From an uncultured candidate division Zixibacteria bacterium (GTDB lineage: Bacteria; Zixibacteria; MSB-5A5; UBA10806; 4484-95): a stretch of DNA of 64,000 bases. Under the pieces are notes generated by a model. It saw only the letters and a program-made list of their open reading frames with translations. It had not been told where the DNA came from and searched no databases. The stretch is from assembly GCA_963668625.2 (NCBI GenBank), contig CAXXKA010000004.1:192001-256000 (forward strand), in the 5' to 3' direction. Positions 18,420 through 28,588 of the stretch are shown here, in pieces. Numbering within the stretch: position 1 is the first letter of the stretch; each line of letters opens with the position of its first letter. The translations under genes and the position numbers were made by a program.

Positions 18420-18565
18420 GCTCTTCAACATAAGGTCAGCCAGTTGTGTAAAAATACTATAATTTTCACAAGTGATTTCCGTATGATCATCAGGTGATAC
18501 CTCTTCCCCGCTCAATCAGCGAATTTGTAAGTGTAAACGAAACACTTAAGCTGATTGGGGGATCG

Positions 18566-19066
18566 ATGACACAGATCTACATTGACCATCAACTGTTAGC
18601 AAAGATAGCCGGGAGTTCGCCGGAAAAGGCTGCCGATAGTGAGGATTATCTGGCATTCCTCGGCAGAATCAGGCGGGCTGTCGAGGCTCTTCCTGAAAAT
18701 CACTCCAAAGTGATTACAGCCTATTATTTCGAGACCCGGGTGATCGATGATATCGCCGAGGAAATCGGCCTGCCCGAGGAGGATACCAGGCGAATTCTAC
18801 GGGAGGGACTACTGAAACTCAAGCACGCCCTGGCGGATGAGGTTAAAACCAGATGGCCCGACCGTTTCGGCGATATTCGTATCTGCCCGATATGCAATCA
18901 CCCGGAGAGAGTTGCAATAGAGACGCTTATAAAATCGAAAAAGCGTAATGAGAGCTGGGGCGTCGTTAATCGACGTTTGAAAAGCAAATTCGGGGTTAGT
19001 TTCAATCCACCCTCGGTGATTATCAGCCACATGAAATATCATACGAAAGATAGTGAGGTAAAATAA
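18566..19066 (+). CDS. Sigma70 region-4-like HTH protein with C-terminal CxxC..HxxxH Zn module
   Basis: AVEALPE...VITAYYF....IDDIAEEIG....TRRIL..GL.KLK; CPICNHPER...SHMKYH. Confidence 0.75.
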   Translation: MTQIYIDHQLLAKIAGSSPEKAADSEDYLAFLGRIRRAVEALPENHSKVITAYYFETRVIDDIAEEIGLPEEDTRRILREGLLKLKHALADEVKTRWPDRFGDIRICPICNHPERVAIETLIKSKKRNESWGVVNRRLKSKFGVSFNPPSVIISHMKYHTKDSEVK

Positions 19067-19281
19067 TGGCAACGGATATTCATCACATACAAATAAGAAC
19101 CACGCCTGAGACTCGAGAGAAAATCCGGTCACTGGCCGAAAACCACGAACGTTCGACCGCCGATATAGTCAGAAGTTCGCTGGATATCGGCCTTAAGGTG
19201 CTCTCGAGACTTCTGGAGGCACAGGCTGATATGGTAAACGAGTATATAGCGCTGCTTAAAAAAGATGCCCGGGGACGGTAG
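19066..19281 (+). CDS. Ribbon-helix-helix (CopG/Arc-like) protein
   Basis: IQIR beta strand then two helices (EKIRSLAE..ERSTADIVRSSL); coupled by TAATG. Confidence 0.7.
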   Translation: MATDIHHIQIRTTPETREKIRSLAENHERSTADIVRSSLDIGLKVLSRLLEAQADMVNEYIALLKKDARGR

Positions 19282-19366
19282 CTCTGCAAGGTTATTTTAT
19301 ACGTTGGGAACCCCAGCGTTTCGCAACGAGAAGGAAATACCGGACAATAGTGATACGGAACTAAAA

Positions 19367-19819
19367 CTAATTCTTACGCATTGATTTCTTGAAATCGTAC
19401 TCGCAGTGAGGACAAACTTTAACCAGTGTACTAAGATGCGCGCCACAGTCAGGGCAGATTTTAGTGATCTTCGGACCGGCCTCCACCCGGGAGATCATCG
19501 TTCGAATATAACCGGCCATCTTGCGGGCATCCTCTTTTTTGATCTGCTCGAGTTTCAGTTCGTTGCCATCTTTTAGCTTTACATTAACCGTAGTGCGGCG
19601 CCAGCCCTCATCGAGCTTGATTTTATCGAATCGCGTGGACGGGTAGTCCTCGTTGGTGATACGGTTACCGAAACTGTGCTTGCAGAGGACGATACGATTG
19701 GGAGTGATCGCTACCGAGTAATTCTTCTTCTCGATCTCAACCTCCTCTATAAGCTGGAAAATATCCTCGCCTGGCGGTAGCGAATCGGTGATCGCCTCAA
19801 TTATCTCCTCGGTTTTCAT
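19367..19819 (-). CDS. Bacterial PH-like domain + C-terminal zinc ribbon
   Basis: VAITPNRIVL PH-like motif; CPDCG..CPHC. Confidence 0.75.
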   Translation of the reverse strand: MKTEEIIEAITDSLPPGEDIFQLIEEVEIEKKNYSVAITPNRIVLCKHSFGNRITNEDYPSTRFDKIKLDEGWRRTTVNVKLKDGNELKLEQIKKEDARKMAGYIRTMISRVEAGPKITKICPDCGAHLSTLVKVCPHCEYDFKKSMRKN

Positions 19820-19932
19820 ACCCTGATTGTGAGGGATTACGCGGATTTTGTCAATGGATTTGTATGGTAGAATATAAAGAGGATGACCTTTTACAGGCAT
19901 TTTTTTCAATTAATTATAAGTCTTCCAGCTGG

Positions 19933-20126
19933 TCAGTCAAGCCCCGAGTGGGATTGACCTACGACTGAATTCCAAAGTACGTCGAAACCGCAGGGGTTTC
20001 AACCTACTCGGTTAAGGTATGTCGAAACCGAGTGAGGGGCGACATGCTTGGTTTGTGCAGATATATTTCGAGGATGTTTGTGATTTCTTACGCGGGTTAG
20101 TCAAGCCCCGAGTGGGATTGACCTAC
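19933..20126. repeat. Cluster of ..GACCTAC-ending REP palindromes
   Basis: AGTCAAGCCCCGAGTGGGATTGACCTAC occurs twice, plus GTCGAAACCG variants. Confidence 0.75.
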
Positions 20127-20137
20127 AGCTTAGATGC

Positions 20138-20170
20138 AAAAAAGGATGCCCTGCAACAGGCATCCTTTTC
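20138..20170 (-). terminator. Terminator of ptrB
   Basis: AAAAAAGGATGCCCTG..CAGGGCATCCTTTT. Confidence 0.8.
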
Positions 20171-20199
20171 ATATCTGATTTTTAATTTCTTGCTTACCC

Positions 20200-22329
20200 C
20201 TATTTAGCCAAACCGAATAGATCGAGAATCCAGGTATAACTAAAAGCTATCTCTTTATAATAATCATACCGTCCCGAGGCGCCCTGATGGCCTGCTCCCA
20301 TGTTAGTTTTCAGCAGGAGCCGTTTGTTATCGGTTTTGGTTGCTCGAAGCTTTGCCGCCCACTTGGCCGCCTCCCAGTACTGTACCCTGGTATCGTTCAA
20401 ACCGCACTCGATCAACATATATGGGTACTCATGAGGAGCTACATTATCGTAGGGAGAATAAGATTTCAGGTACCAGTAATACTTCTCGTTATTAGGGTTA
20501 CCCCACTCATCGTACTCCAGTACTGTCAGCGGAATGGTCTCATCCAGCATCGTGTTCAGCACATCAACGAACGGCACCGAGGCAACTATCGCGTAAAATA
20601 AATCGGGTCGCATATTAGCCACTGCTCCCACGGTCAAACCGCCGGCGCTGCCATCCCAGGCGATAAGCTTATCTTTAGAGGTGTAACCCTCCTGAATAAG
20701 CTTCTCAGCGCAGGCGATGAAATCGGTAAATGTATTCATCTTCTTGAGGAATTTCCCATCCTCGTACCACTGCTCACCCATCTCGCCGCCGCCTCGTATG
20801 TGAGCTATGCCTACAATAAATCCTCTATTTAGAAGGCTTAACCTTATCGAGGAGAAATAGGGATCGGAGCTTATACCGTAGGAGCCGTAACCGCTTAACA
20901 CCATTGGATTAGAGCCGTCCTTTTTCAAACCCTTCTTGTAAACGAAAGATACCGGCACCTCTACGCCATCTTTGGCCTTAGCGTAAATCAGCTCAGCCTG
21001 ATAATCATCAGAATTAAAATCGCCGAGCACCTCGTACTGTTTCAATAATTCACGATCTTTAGTTTTCAGATTATAATCGTAAATCGAACGCGGCGTGGTA
21101 TATGACATATAGTAAAACCTGAGCAGGTCGGCGTTGATATCCTCATTGTCCTGTGCCCGCACCCTGTAGATTGATTCCGGAAAATCAATATGGTAATCGG
21201 TTTCCTTGTTATAGCTCAATACCCTGACTTTAACCACACCCTTGATTCTCTCGAAAGCCACGAAATAATTCTTGAACTCCTCGAAATCCTCGATTTTTAC
21301 CTCATCCCGGTAAGCAATAAAATCAGTCCAGTTCTTGCGAGCAGGATCTTTGACAGACACCGATACCACCTTGTAATTCTTCGCGCCATCGGCATTGGTC
21401 AGGATGTAGAATCGTCCACCACGCTCGGTAACCTGGTATCGCAAATCTTTCGTGCGGGGGGAGATTACTTTAAAATCACCGTTCGGTTTGTTAGCATCAA
21501 GGTAGTAAACTTCGGATGTTATTTTCGAAGACAATCCCAATATGATATGGCTCTTACTTTTAGTTTTATAAGCGTACAGATAGAAACGATCATCTTTTTC
21601 GTGATATTTCATCACATCATCGGCGGTGTCCTCGCCCAGCTTGTGGCTCCATATCTTGTTGGGCAGATTAACCTCGCTGAAAGTGATATAAAATACGGTC
21701 TTGTTATCGTTCGCCCAGATGACTTCGTTATCGCATACGGTGATGGTATCGGGCAAATATTTGCCAGTGCGTAAATTCTTGAAATAAGCGGTGTAATTCT
21801 CATAGCCCGTCGTATCGACCGTGTAAGCGATAAAATTATGATCATCACTAACCGAGTACGCGCCGATATCAAAAAACTTATGATCACCGGCCAGCTCGTT
21901 CGGATCAACCAGTACCTGTTCGGGAGAATCAAGACTGCCTTTCTTGCGGCAATAAATCTTATACTGCTTGCCCTCCTCCGAGCGCGAGTAGTAATAGTAG
22001 TCATCTATTTTAACCGGGACGTCAACGTCGGTCTCTTTGATACGCGATTTGATCTCCTCGAATAGCTTCTCCTGAAACTCCTCGGTGTGTTTCATGACAG
22101 CATCAGTATAGGCATTCTCCGCCTCGAGATAATCAATAACCTCAGGATTATCACGATCTCGCATCCAGAAATAGTTATCAACACGAATATCTCCGAACAT
22201 CGTATCGGCCTTCGGTACGATTTTAGCTATCGGTGGTTCGGGTTGTTGAGCAAAGCTGTAATCGGTCATCGACATAACCAGCGCCCCCAAAATAAGTAGA
22301 CTAAAAAGTCTTACCGGTCTATTCATCAA
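20200..22329 (-). CDS. ptrB: Oligopeptidase B (S9A, protease II), exported
   Basis: DNYFWMRD, GYGSYG, GSAGG nucleophile, D-TRV, GAGH catalytic triad; signal peptide. Confidence 0.93.
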   Translation of the reverse strand: MMNRPVRLFSLLILGALVMSMTDYSFAQQPEPPIAKIVPKADTMFGDIRVDNYFWMRDRDNPEVIDYLEAENAYTDAVMKHTEEFQEKLFEEIKSRIKETDVDVPVKIDDYYYYSRSEEGKQYKIYCRKKGSLDSPEQVLVDPNELAGDHKFFDIGAYSVSDDHNFIAYTVDTTGYENYTAYFKNLRTGKYLPDTITVCDNEVIWANDNKTVFYITFSEVNLPNKIWSHKLGEDTADDVMKYHEKDDRFYLYAYKTKSKSHIILGLSSKITSEVYYLDANKPNGDFKVISPRTKDLRYQVTERGGRFYILTNADGAKNYKVVSVSVKDPARKNWTDFIAYRDEVKIEDFEEFKNYFVAFERIKGVVKVRVLSYNKETDYHIDFPESIYRVRAQDNEDINADLLRFYYMSYTTPRSIYDYNLKTKDRELLKQYEVLGDFNSDDYQAELIYAKAKDGVEVPVSFVYKKGLKKDGSNPMVLSGYGSYGISSDPYFSSIRLSLLNRGFIVGIAHIRGGGEMGEQWYEDGKFLKKMNTFTDFIACAEKLIQEGYTSKDKLIAWDGSAGGLTVGAVANMRPDLFYAIVASVPFVDVLNTMLDETIPLTVLEYDEWGNPNNEKYYWYLKSYSPYDNVAPHEYPYMLIECGLNDTRVQYWEAAKWAAKLRATKTDNKRLLLKTNMGAGHQGASGRYDYYKEIAFSYTWILDLFGLAK

Positions 22330-22569
22330 TTCCTCCTGAATTATTAAAACGCGATTGTTAGAACATCTTATAAAAGTACGGTATTATAACGAATATTGTT
22401 TACAAAATCTTGATAAATATTATATAATGTTTCAGGAACTTAGATCGATAAAACCGGTACAAGAATATGGATGAGATGATTAATTAATTGTGGCGAGGTA
22501 ATTATCGAGCAAATGATATAGTTTTTTGTTAATTTTATGTATAGTTAGACCCTTTAAAGGGAGAAATTA

Positions 22570-23421
22570 ATGAACAATTATATCAGATTCAGGGCATTGA
22601 TGGCCCTGGCATTCGTTATCATCTTATTCAGCAGTTCCTTTCCCCGGCTTTCCAACAATGAAATTCCAGAAGTTAATATGACATTTAAAGCGCAATGGGC
22701 TTATTTTAATGATCTCCAACACGTAACGCGAAAATCTCATACCGTAATGGTTTCCGGTTTTAAAAGCAATGGTACGGGCTATCGAATTATCTGGGATATT
22801 CCCTTCACCTATGGTTACATCCAGCATTTCAGATCGGGCTGGGACGAACAATCATCTCATTTCGATGAGGTCATTATGGGTAATCCCTCGGCTGGCATAG
22901 CCAGCGAACCGCAGAACTCGGGATTAGTATATTTCATGAGAATGCGCCTGCCCACACGTTCCAGGAATACGGCCAATATCGCTGCCGTATCCGCCTACAC
23001 CGATATCACCAATATAGATGCTTACACGAATAGATATTATACCCTTGATTTAGGCGTAGAGTACGCCACCGGATTATTCGATTACCTGAGCCTTACCGGC
23101 AAAGCCAATCCCACGGTCTGGTTCGAGAAAGGTATCAAATCCGATGATAACCTCGACTATGAATACTCGATTGATTATGATATCTTAGTAAGGTACAATT
23201 TTAAAAAACTCGAGTTAGGCCTGGGTTTGAATGGCATTTGTTTCGCCCATCGAGATAATATTCTCGGTGAGAAACGAAATCACCTCCAATTGAAAATCGT
23301 ATCCGGGCTGACAATAGTCCGGGGTATGCAGATACGATTCGATTTCAGCAAACCGTTGAGCAACGAGCTTGACGATGTATTAGGCTACGTTATAGGAACA
23401 TCGCTGTCATTCAGCTATTGA
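22570..23421 (+). CDS. Hypothetical outer-membrane beta-barrel-like protein
   Basis: Signal peptide, amphipathic strands, aromatic C-terminus; paralogous to the next gene. Confidence 0.65.
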   Translation: MNNYIRFRALMALAFVIILFSSSFPRLSNNEIPEVNMTFKAQWAYFNDLQHVTRKSHTVMVSGFKSNGTGYRIIWDIPFTYGYIQHFRSGWDEQSSHFDEVIMGNPSAGIASEPQNSGLVYFMRMRLPTRSRNTANIAAVSAYTDITNIDAYTNRYYTLDLGVEYATGLFDYLSLTGKANPTVWFEKGIKSDDNLDYEYSIDYDILVRYNFKKLELGLGLNGICFAHRDNILGEKRNHLQLKIVSGLTIVRGMQIRFDFSKPLSNELDDVLGYVIGTSLSFSY

Positions 23422-23431
23422 AGGACTGATA

Positions 23432-24292
23432 ATGCGGATCGTAACACTACTTTTTTATTTCGGCTATGCTATTGCGATCATATTACTTTGCCCGGAATTT
23501 GCAGGCGCCGGAGCCAATTTGATAACATTCAGTAGTAAAAGCGCTATTTCCGCCGAGGATAGCCTGCAAACCGGAAAAAGCGAAAACATCGAGCATATCG
23601 AAATCGAATCCACCGTCATGGTAAGCTCGATTGAGTTGGAGCCGGAAAATCCCCTGCCTGTTGAATGGCCTTTAAATTCCGCTTCAAGCTTATGCCTTAT
23701 TGATGACATCCTCCCTGGCTGGGAATTAAAATACCGGCAGAACAGCCCCTCGGATGATACCTTATTGAATACTTATTATAGTGATGGGTTCAAGGAGTTT
23801 CACGGCTTCAAATTCCGGACTCCATCACAGGCGCAAAAACAAAATGACATCGCCAGAAGCTCTAAATACTCTGATGCTTTCAACGCTTACAACTATAACA
23901 CTGGATTTTACACTTTCAAAATATCCGCCGATATGTTAACCCCGCCCGTGAAAGATTTCTGCCTGTTCACTACAATAGTCCCGGCTCTATGGCTCGAAAA
24001 ATCGAATCCGAATATTATTGAAAAGAAACGCAACCTGTCATTCGGTTATCGTTTTTTGATGACCTATAGTAAATCTCATCTGGCTTTTAATGGAGGAATT
24101 TCCGGAATATTTTTTGTCGATAAAGATAATGTAGTAGGTGAGGAGCGAAATCATATGAACTACGATTTAAATACGGCTATTGCGATTATCGAAACTACTC
24201 GATTCTCTTTCAGAATGAGATATCCGATTACCCGGGAATTGCGCCAAATAGCCGAACCGAACTATACCGTATTATTAACAAGAGGATTTTAA
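23432..24292 (+). CDS. Hypothetical outer-membrane-like protein, paralog
   Basis: Shares DN.(L/V)GE.RNH and AY....YT motifs with the previous gene; ends in F. Confidence 0.65.
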   Translation: MRIVTLLFYFGYAIAIILLCPEFAGAGANLITFSSKSAISAEDSLQTGKSENIEHIEIESTVMVSSIELEPENPLPVEWPLNSASSLCLIDDILPGWELKYRQNSPSDDTLLNTYYSDGFKEFHGFKFRTPSQAQKQNDIARSSKYSDAFNAYNYNTGFYTFKISADMLTPPVKDFCLFTTIVPALWLEKSNPNIIEKKRNLSFGYRFLMTYSKSHLAFNGGISGIFFVDKDNVVGEERNHMNYDLNTAIAIIETTRFSFRMRYPITRELRQIAEPNYTVLLTRGF

Positions 24293-24297
24293 TTTTA

Positions 24298-24876
24298 ATG
24301 ATTAGATTTAACTATTCAAACGGCCTTAAACTAGTTTCACTGATTTTGATTTTATCCATTCTAGCCTGTTCCGCTCCGGCAAGGCAAAACAACTCAGAGG
24401 ATAAACTATCGATGACTCCAGATAAGGCTAGCATGATGCTAACCGGGCTGAAAACAACCCGTCTCATGCGAGGCAATGATATAGTTTTCGAGGGTCATAT
24501 AATCGGTTGGAATAAGCAGGGTTTCATTGGCCAAATCAACGATAGAGTCATTACGATTAAATATGATCTTCTCGGCAATACGATAAATATAGAAACCGAA
24601 CAAACCCTTTCTGGAAAAGGCGCTTTGACCGGCGGCGGTATCGGGATGTTAGCCGGTTTGTTTATTGCTGTAATAGGATCAACTTGCGATATGAATAGAG
24701 ATGGCAAGGATGATAATCCGTTATGGTATATTAAACCTGTTTTTATAATTGCCGCCTGTGGTTCGGCACTTGGAGCAGGTATTGGAACGTTTAGTAAGAA
24801 ATACCGCGAATACGAATACAACAAAGAGGAATTTATCAATAAACCTTTCGAAACAAAAGATAAAGAGAGTAGTTAG
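24298..24876 (+). CDS. Lipoprotein with Gly-rich TM hairpin
   Basis: LACS lipobox; KGAL.GGGIG..AG and G..LGAGIG. Confidence 0.7.
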   Translation: MIRFNYSNGLKLVSLILILSILACSAPARQNNSEDKLSMTPDKASMMLTGLKTTRLMRGNDIVFEGHIIGWNKQGFIGQINDRVITIKYDLLGNTINIETEQTLSGKGALTGGGIGMLAGLFIAVIGSTCDMNRDGKDDNPLWYIKPVFIIAACGSALGAGIGTFSKKYREYEYNKEEFINKPFETKDKESS

Positions 24877-25521
24877 ATGTTTGTTATAAAAAACGCTATT
24901 ACTATAATACTAATGTTATCAATAATCCTTCCCGGATGTTCCTCAACGGCCGTCAAACACAATTATGTTAACGACAACAATCTCAGTCCGCGCCGGGCAA
25001 TGAATATCAACTGGAATGATAGGCAAGTTACCTTAACCACCCTGAACGGCGATAAAATTAACGGTTATTTGCAAGGATGGTCGACTAATGGTTTTATTTT
25101 AAATACCGGCAAAAAAATCGAAATGCTACCATACGAAAGTCTCAGGGATTATATCATTATTCAGACTCGTGATAAAAACAGCAAAAAAGGAGCGAAATAC
25201 GGGTTTTACAGCGGCCTGGGATTGGCTGCAGCCAGTAGCTTTTATCTACTCAGAAAAGCTAATAATGATAACAATGAAAAAACTGTCGGTGATCCGCTGG
25301 TCGATGACGCCAAGTCGAATAATTCCGGCTACGCCTATTTAGCCATAATCACCGCTCCTCTAATCGTAGCGGTTTCCACTGGAGTAGGATCACTGATAGG
25401 CAATACCTCATACAGGCACGAGAAATACTATTTTAATACGAATAGATATTCAATGACTCCATACATGATAGACAAGCCGACCGCGCCGCCTCAAGACCAT
25501 TTAAATAATGATAATCGCTAG
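24877..25521 (+). CDS. Lipoprotein with Gly-rich TM hairpin, paralog
   Basis: LPGC lipobox; shares G...GW...GFI and KGA..G motifs with the previous gene. Confidence 0.7.
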   Translation: MFVIKNAITIILMLSIILPGCSSTAVKHNYVNDNNLSPRRAMNINWNDRQVTLTTLNGDKINGYLQGWSTNGFILNTGKKIEMLPYESLRDYIIIQTRDKNSKKGAKYGFYSGLGLAAASSFYLLRKANNDNNEKTVGDPLVDDAKSNNSGYAYLAIITAPLIVAVSTGVGSLIGNTSYRHEKYYFNTNRYSMTPYMIDKPTAPPQDHLNNDNR

Positions 25522-25590
25522 ACTAGTAATACCGGCAGGGTTAGAATTGAAGTTAGGGTATCTTATAAGCATTCGAATATTTTACTATAC

Positions 25591-26778
25591 TTAGCCGCGT
25601 TCCAGCACGATAATCGGTAATTCCTGCGGACATCCAAGCCTGAACGGGAACCAGTGCCCCATTCCACAACTGGTGTAAAGCTGACTGCCTCCGGGTTTCT
25701 CATACTTACCCCATAAATATTTCCCCGGCATCATATACTCGAAAATCGAGTTATTGCTGAAACCTATCTGGCCGCCGTGAGTATGCCCAGCCAGGGTCAA
25801 TTCTACCCCGCGCCGGGCGGCTGGCTCGAATCCCTGCGGGCGATGGCTCATAAGTATACGAAACGCGCCCTCCGGGGCCAGGTTCAAGCTTTCATCAACC
25901 GTCGATTGAAAGAACCTGGAGCTTCCCCGGCTCAAAAAACGAGGATCATCCGAACCGGCAATGAAGAGTTTCGTATCATCATCAATATTCACAGGTACCC
26001 CGGTACCGACAAGCAGCGGAATCGAGCTTTCGCTGAACGCTTTTATCACCTCATTGATTCCCCTGTAATATTCATGATTGCCCAGGCAGGCATAGGCGCC
26101 AAATCTCGGCTTAAGGTCACTTATCATGCCAAGAGCGTATGGAAGAGCCGTCAGGTTATCGGCAAGATCACCGGTTATAGCAATCAGATCGGGCTTATGT
26201 TTCGCGGCCTTTTTCAAAGCCTCCTCGAGATCCTCCAGTATGACGTAGTACCCCAGGTGAGCATCAGATATTTGCAATATTTTTAGGCCGTCCAGGCCCT
26301 GGGGCAGGCCAGGATATCTCATCCTCTTTAGCGGTATATTGACAGGGCTTCTAGAATTAGCTACGCCGAAAGTACCGGTAGTCATCGCCGCTACCGGAAA
26401 AGCGAACGCCGCTGCTTTTAATATCTTGCGACGTTTGGGATCGATTTTCTCGCTACTGATTATATTCTTTTTCAGGTGACGAAGTACCCAATGATACCCG
26501 CCTGAGATCGGTAACGATAACAACATTGCCAGTTGAACTACCACCGCCAACGCCACTCCGCTGGCACCGATACCGTGGAAGACCTGTACATTCCAGAGCG
26601 TACCCATTACCCAGATAAGTATGCAAAAAGTCCCGAATATCGGCATATTATACGCGCCCATCCTGATCCATCTATACTGCCACCAGGAGGGCACTAATAA
26701 CCGCAGAAACACCACAGTGACAACCGAAACAATAGCCATGAATACGACGCCAAATACTATTGGCAAGAACTCAGACAT
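25591..26778 (-). CDS. Membrane-anchored metallophosphoesterase (YkuE/YaeI-like)
   Basis: SDAH, TGDLAD, GNHE, SHRP, AGHTHGGQ motifs. Confidence 0.92.
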   Translation of the reverse strand: MSEFLPIVFGVVFMAIVSVVTVVFLRLLVPSWWQYRWIRMGAYNMPIFGTFCILIWVMGTLWNVQVFHGIGASGVALAVVVQLAMLLSLPISGGYHWVLRHLKKNIISSEKIDPKRRKILKAAAFAFPVAAMTTGTFGVANSRSPVNIPLKRMRYPGLPQGLDGLKILQISDAHLGYYVILEDLEEALKKAAKHKPDLIAITGDLADNLTALPYALGMISDLKPRFGAYACLGNHEYYRGINEVIKAFSESSIPLLVGTGVPVNIDDDTKLFIAGSDDPRFLSRGSSRFFQSTVDESLNLAPEGAFRILMSHRPQGFEPAARRGVELTLAGHTHGGQIGFSNNSIFEYMMPGKYLWGKYEKPGGSQLYTSCGMGHWFPFRLGCPQELPIIVLERG

Positions 26779-26781
26779 AAT

Positions 26782-27078
26782 TTATAGTATTCTCTTTCCC
26801 ACGTATTCGTAAACAGCATCCCGGGCGTATTTCAAAACCTGTTCGGGACTCTCTCCCGGCTCGGCGAAATCAGGAGTCTCCAGAATATCGGTGACCATCT
26901 CCGACCACCAACCGGCCTTCACGGTGTGATCTATCATCTCCCGGTCGAATCCCTCCCCCATCAAATCCTCGGCGGATGGCTCATCAAACAGTATTATCGG
27001 CTTTTCGCTGTTCGCATCCAGCGTTACCCTCTCCTGAAGAAGACTTATGATCTTTTTGATCATTTCGCTTTGAATCAC
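26782..27078 (-). CDS. Hypothetical protein
   Basis: Compact ORF 3 bp from the phosphoesterase gene, same strand. Confidence 0.65.
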   Translation of the reverse strand: MIQSEMIKKIISLLQERVTLDANSEKPIILFDEPSAEDLMGEGFDREMIDHTVKAGWWSEMVTDILETPDFAEPGESPEQVLKYARDAVYEYVGKRIL

Positions 27079-27351
27079 GATTCATACCCTTTCATCATTA
27101 AGCGATTGTAATAAGCTATCACCTGTTAGTCAATAGCATTATTATTTTGATAATACTCGAGAAAGCCCTGGCATAATATTTATTTCTGCTAAGCCTATCT
27201 CCTGAAAGCACTTCCGTCCCCAGGTAAAGAAAAGTTCATTTTTCTTCACGAATTCGGTTAATTTTTCAAATGAGACGGCCGACATACCAACAGATTTAGA
27301 AAATTGATGACTAAAGATATCCTTCAAAATGTATATTTACCGGAGGTAAAG

Positions 27352-27525
27352 ATGTTTTGCGCACAATGTGACGATTTGATCAAGAACCATGCTTATGTCT
27401 ATGATGGCGAGGAGTATTGTTCGAGTGACTGTCTGGCGGCCGCTCATGATGATATCGAAGGCGACCTGGAAAAGTATATTGAGGAGTGGGAGGAAGAGTT
27501 CGAGGAATTCGGCGAGTACTCCTGA
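27352..27525 (+). CDS. Small acidic TRASH/MYM-type Zn-binding protein
   Basis: GGAGG RBS; CAQC...YCSSDC; followed by a terminator at 27551-27578. Confidence 0.75.
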   Translation: MFCAQCDDLIKNHAYVYDGEEYCSSDCLAAAHDDIEGDLEKYIEEWEEEFEEFGEYS

Positions 27526-27660
27526 TCAATAGCGCTAATAATAGAATACGAGCCCTGCCGATGCGGGGCTTTTTTATTGCCATAAAAAGTGTTTTGATTT
27601 TATGAAACACTTGGCTATGCTTGTTCGTTTTAAAGGCTCAACCGGTGTAATTGGGATGAA

Positions 27661-28541
27661 ATGGAAAAGACCGCTACAAACAACAACAGAGAATACCTGG
27701 CGCTGATAATCGGAGCGTCCCTGATCAGCTTCTCCCCCGTGTTCGTAAAAATAGCCAATGTCGGCCCGACTATGGCCGGCGTATACAGAAACCTCTTCGG
27801 AGCGATTTTCCTGCTAATCTATGCCCTTGCCTTGAAAGAAAAATTCTGGCGTGGCTTACCCCAATTTCTTATTGCGGCGGTAATCGGCCTGGTGTTCGCT
27901 ATCGACCTGACCTGTTGGCATAGAAGCATTCTCTATATCGGTCCCGGCCTGTCGACTATATTAGGTAATTTCCAGGTATTCATCCTTACCGGTTATGGTG
28001 TATTGATATTAAAAGAGAAACTGACCTGGCGTTTTCGCCTGGCCGTGCCTATGGGCATGATGGGCTTGATTTTGATTTTTGGCTGGGATTGGAGCAACCT
28101 GGGATTCGATTATAAGCTGGGTTTCGCGTTAGGAATTGGTACCGCCATCACCTATTCCATATTCACCCTGACCCTGCGCCATAGCCAGTCTCGGCCCAAT
28201 CCATTATCGGCGCTGGTTAATTTAATCTATATCTCCCTTTCAGCCGTTTTTTCATGGCTATTTTCAGCTTGATACAGGGGGAAAGTTTCGTCATCCCGGA
28301 TTTGACAAGCTGGGGCGCGATGATCGGCTACGGCGTTATCTGTCAGGCTATCGCCTGGCTGATTATATCGAAAAGCCTTCCCAGGCTGCGTGCTTCACTG
28401 GTGGGATTGATACTATTGCTTCAACCTATACTGGCTTTCATCTGGGATATCACCTTATTTAGCCGGCCTACGACAATCTACGAGATAGCCGGTGTGGTCA
28501 TTGCGCTTATAGCGATTTATCTCGGCAGTTCTAACGAATAA
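27661..28541 (+). pseudogene. EamA/DMT-family transporter split by a frameshift (or sequencing error)
   Basis: Two ORFs give the N- and C-halves of a DMT protein; one extra T in the T6 run at 28247-28252 joins them. Confidence 0.8.
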
Positions 28542-28588
28542 AGGCGACTTTCGCCGCCCTCTAAACTAATTCCGAATTTCAAACCAGT

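Noticed and set aside
2619-19281. Intact prophage
   Set aside because: No integrase, capsid, tail, lysis or replication genes and no att pair; intervening genes are host-type
26400-26440. Twin-arginine signal (RRKILK) in the metallophosphoesterase
   Set aside because: Internal, after TM helices; a common feature of this family
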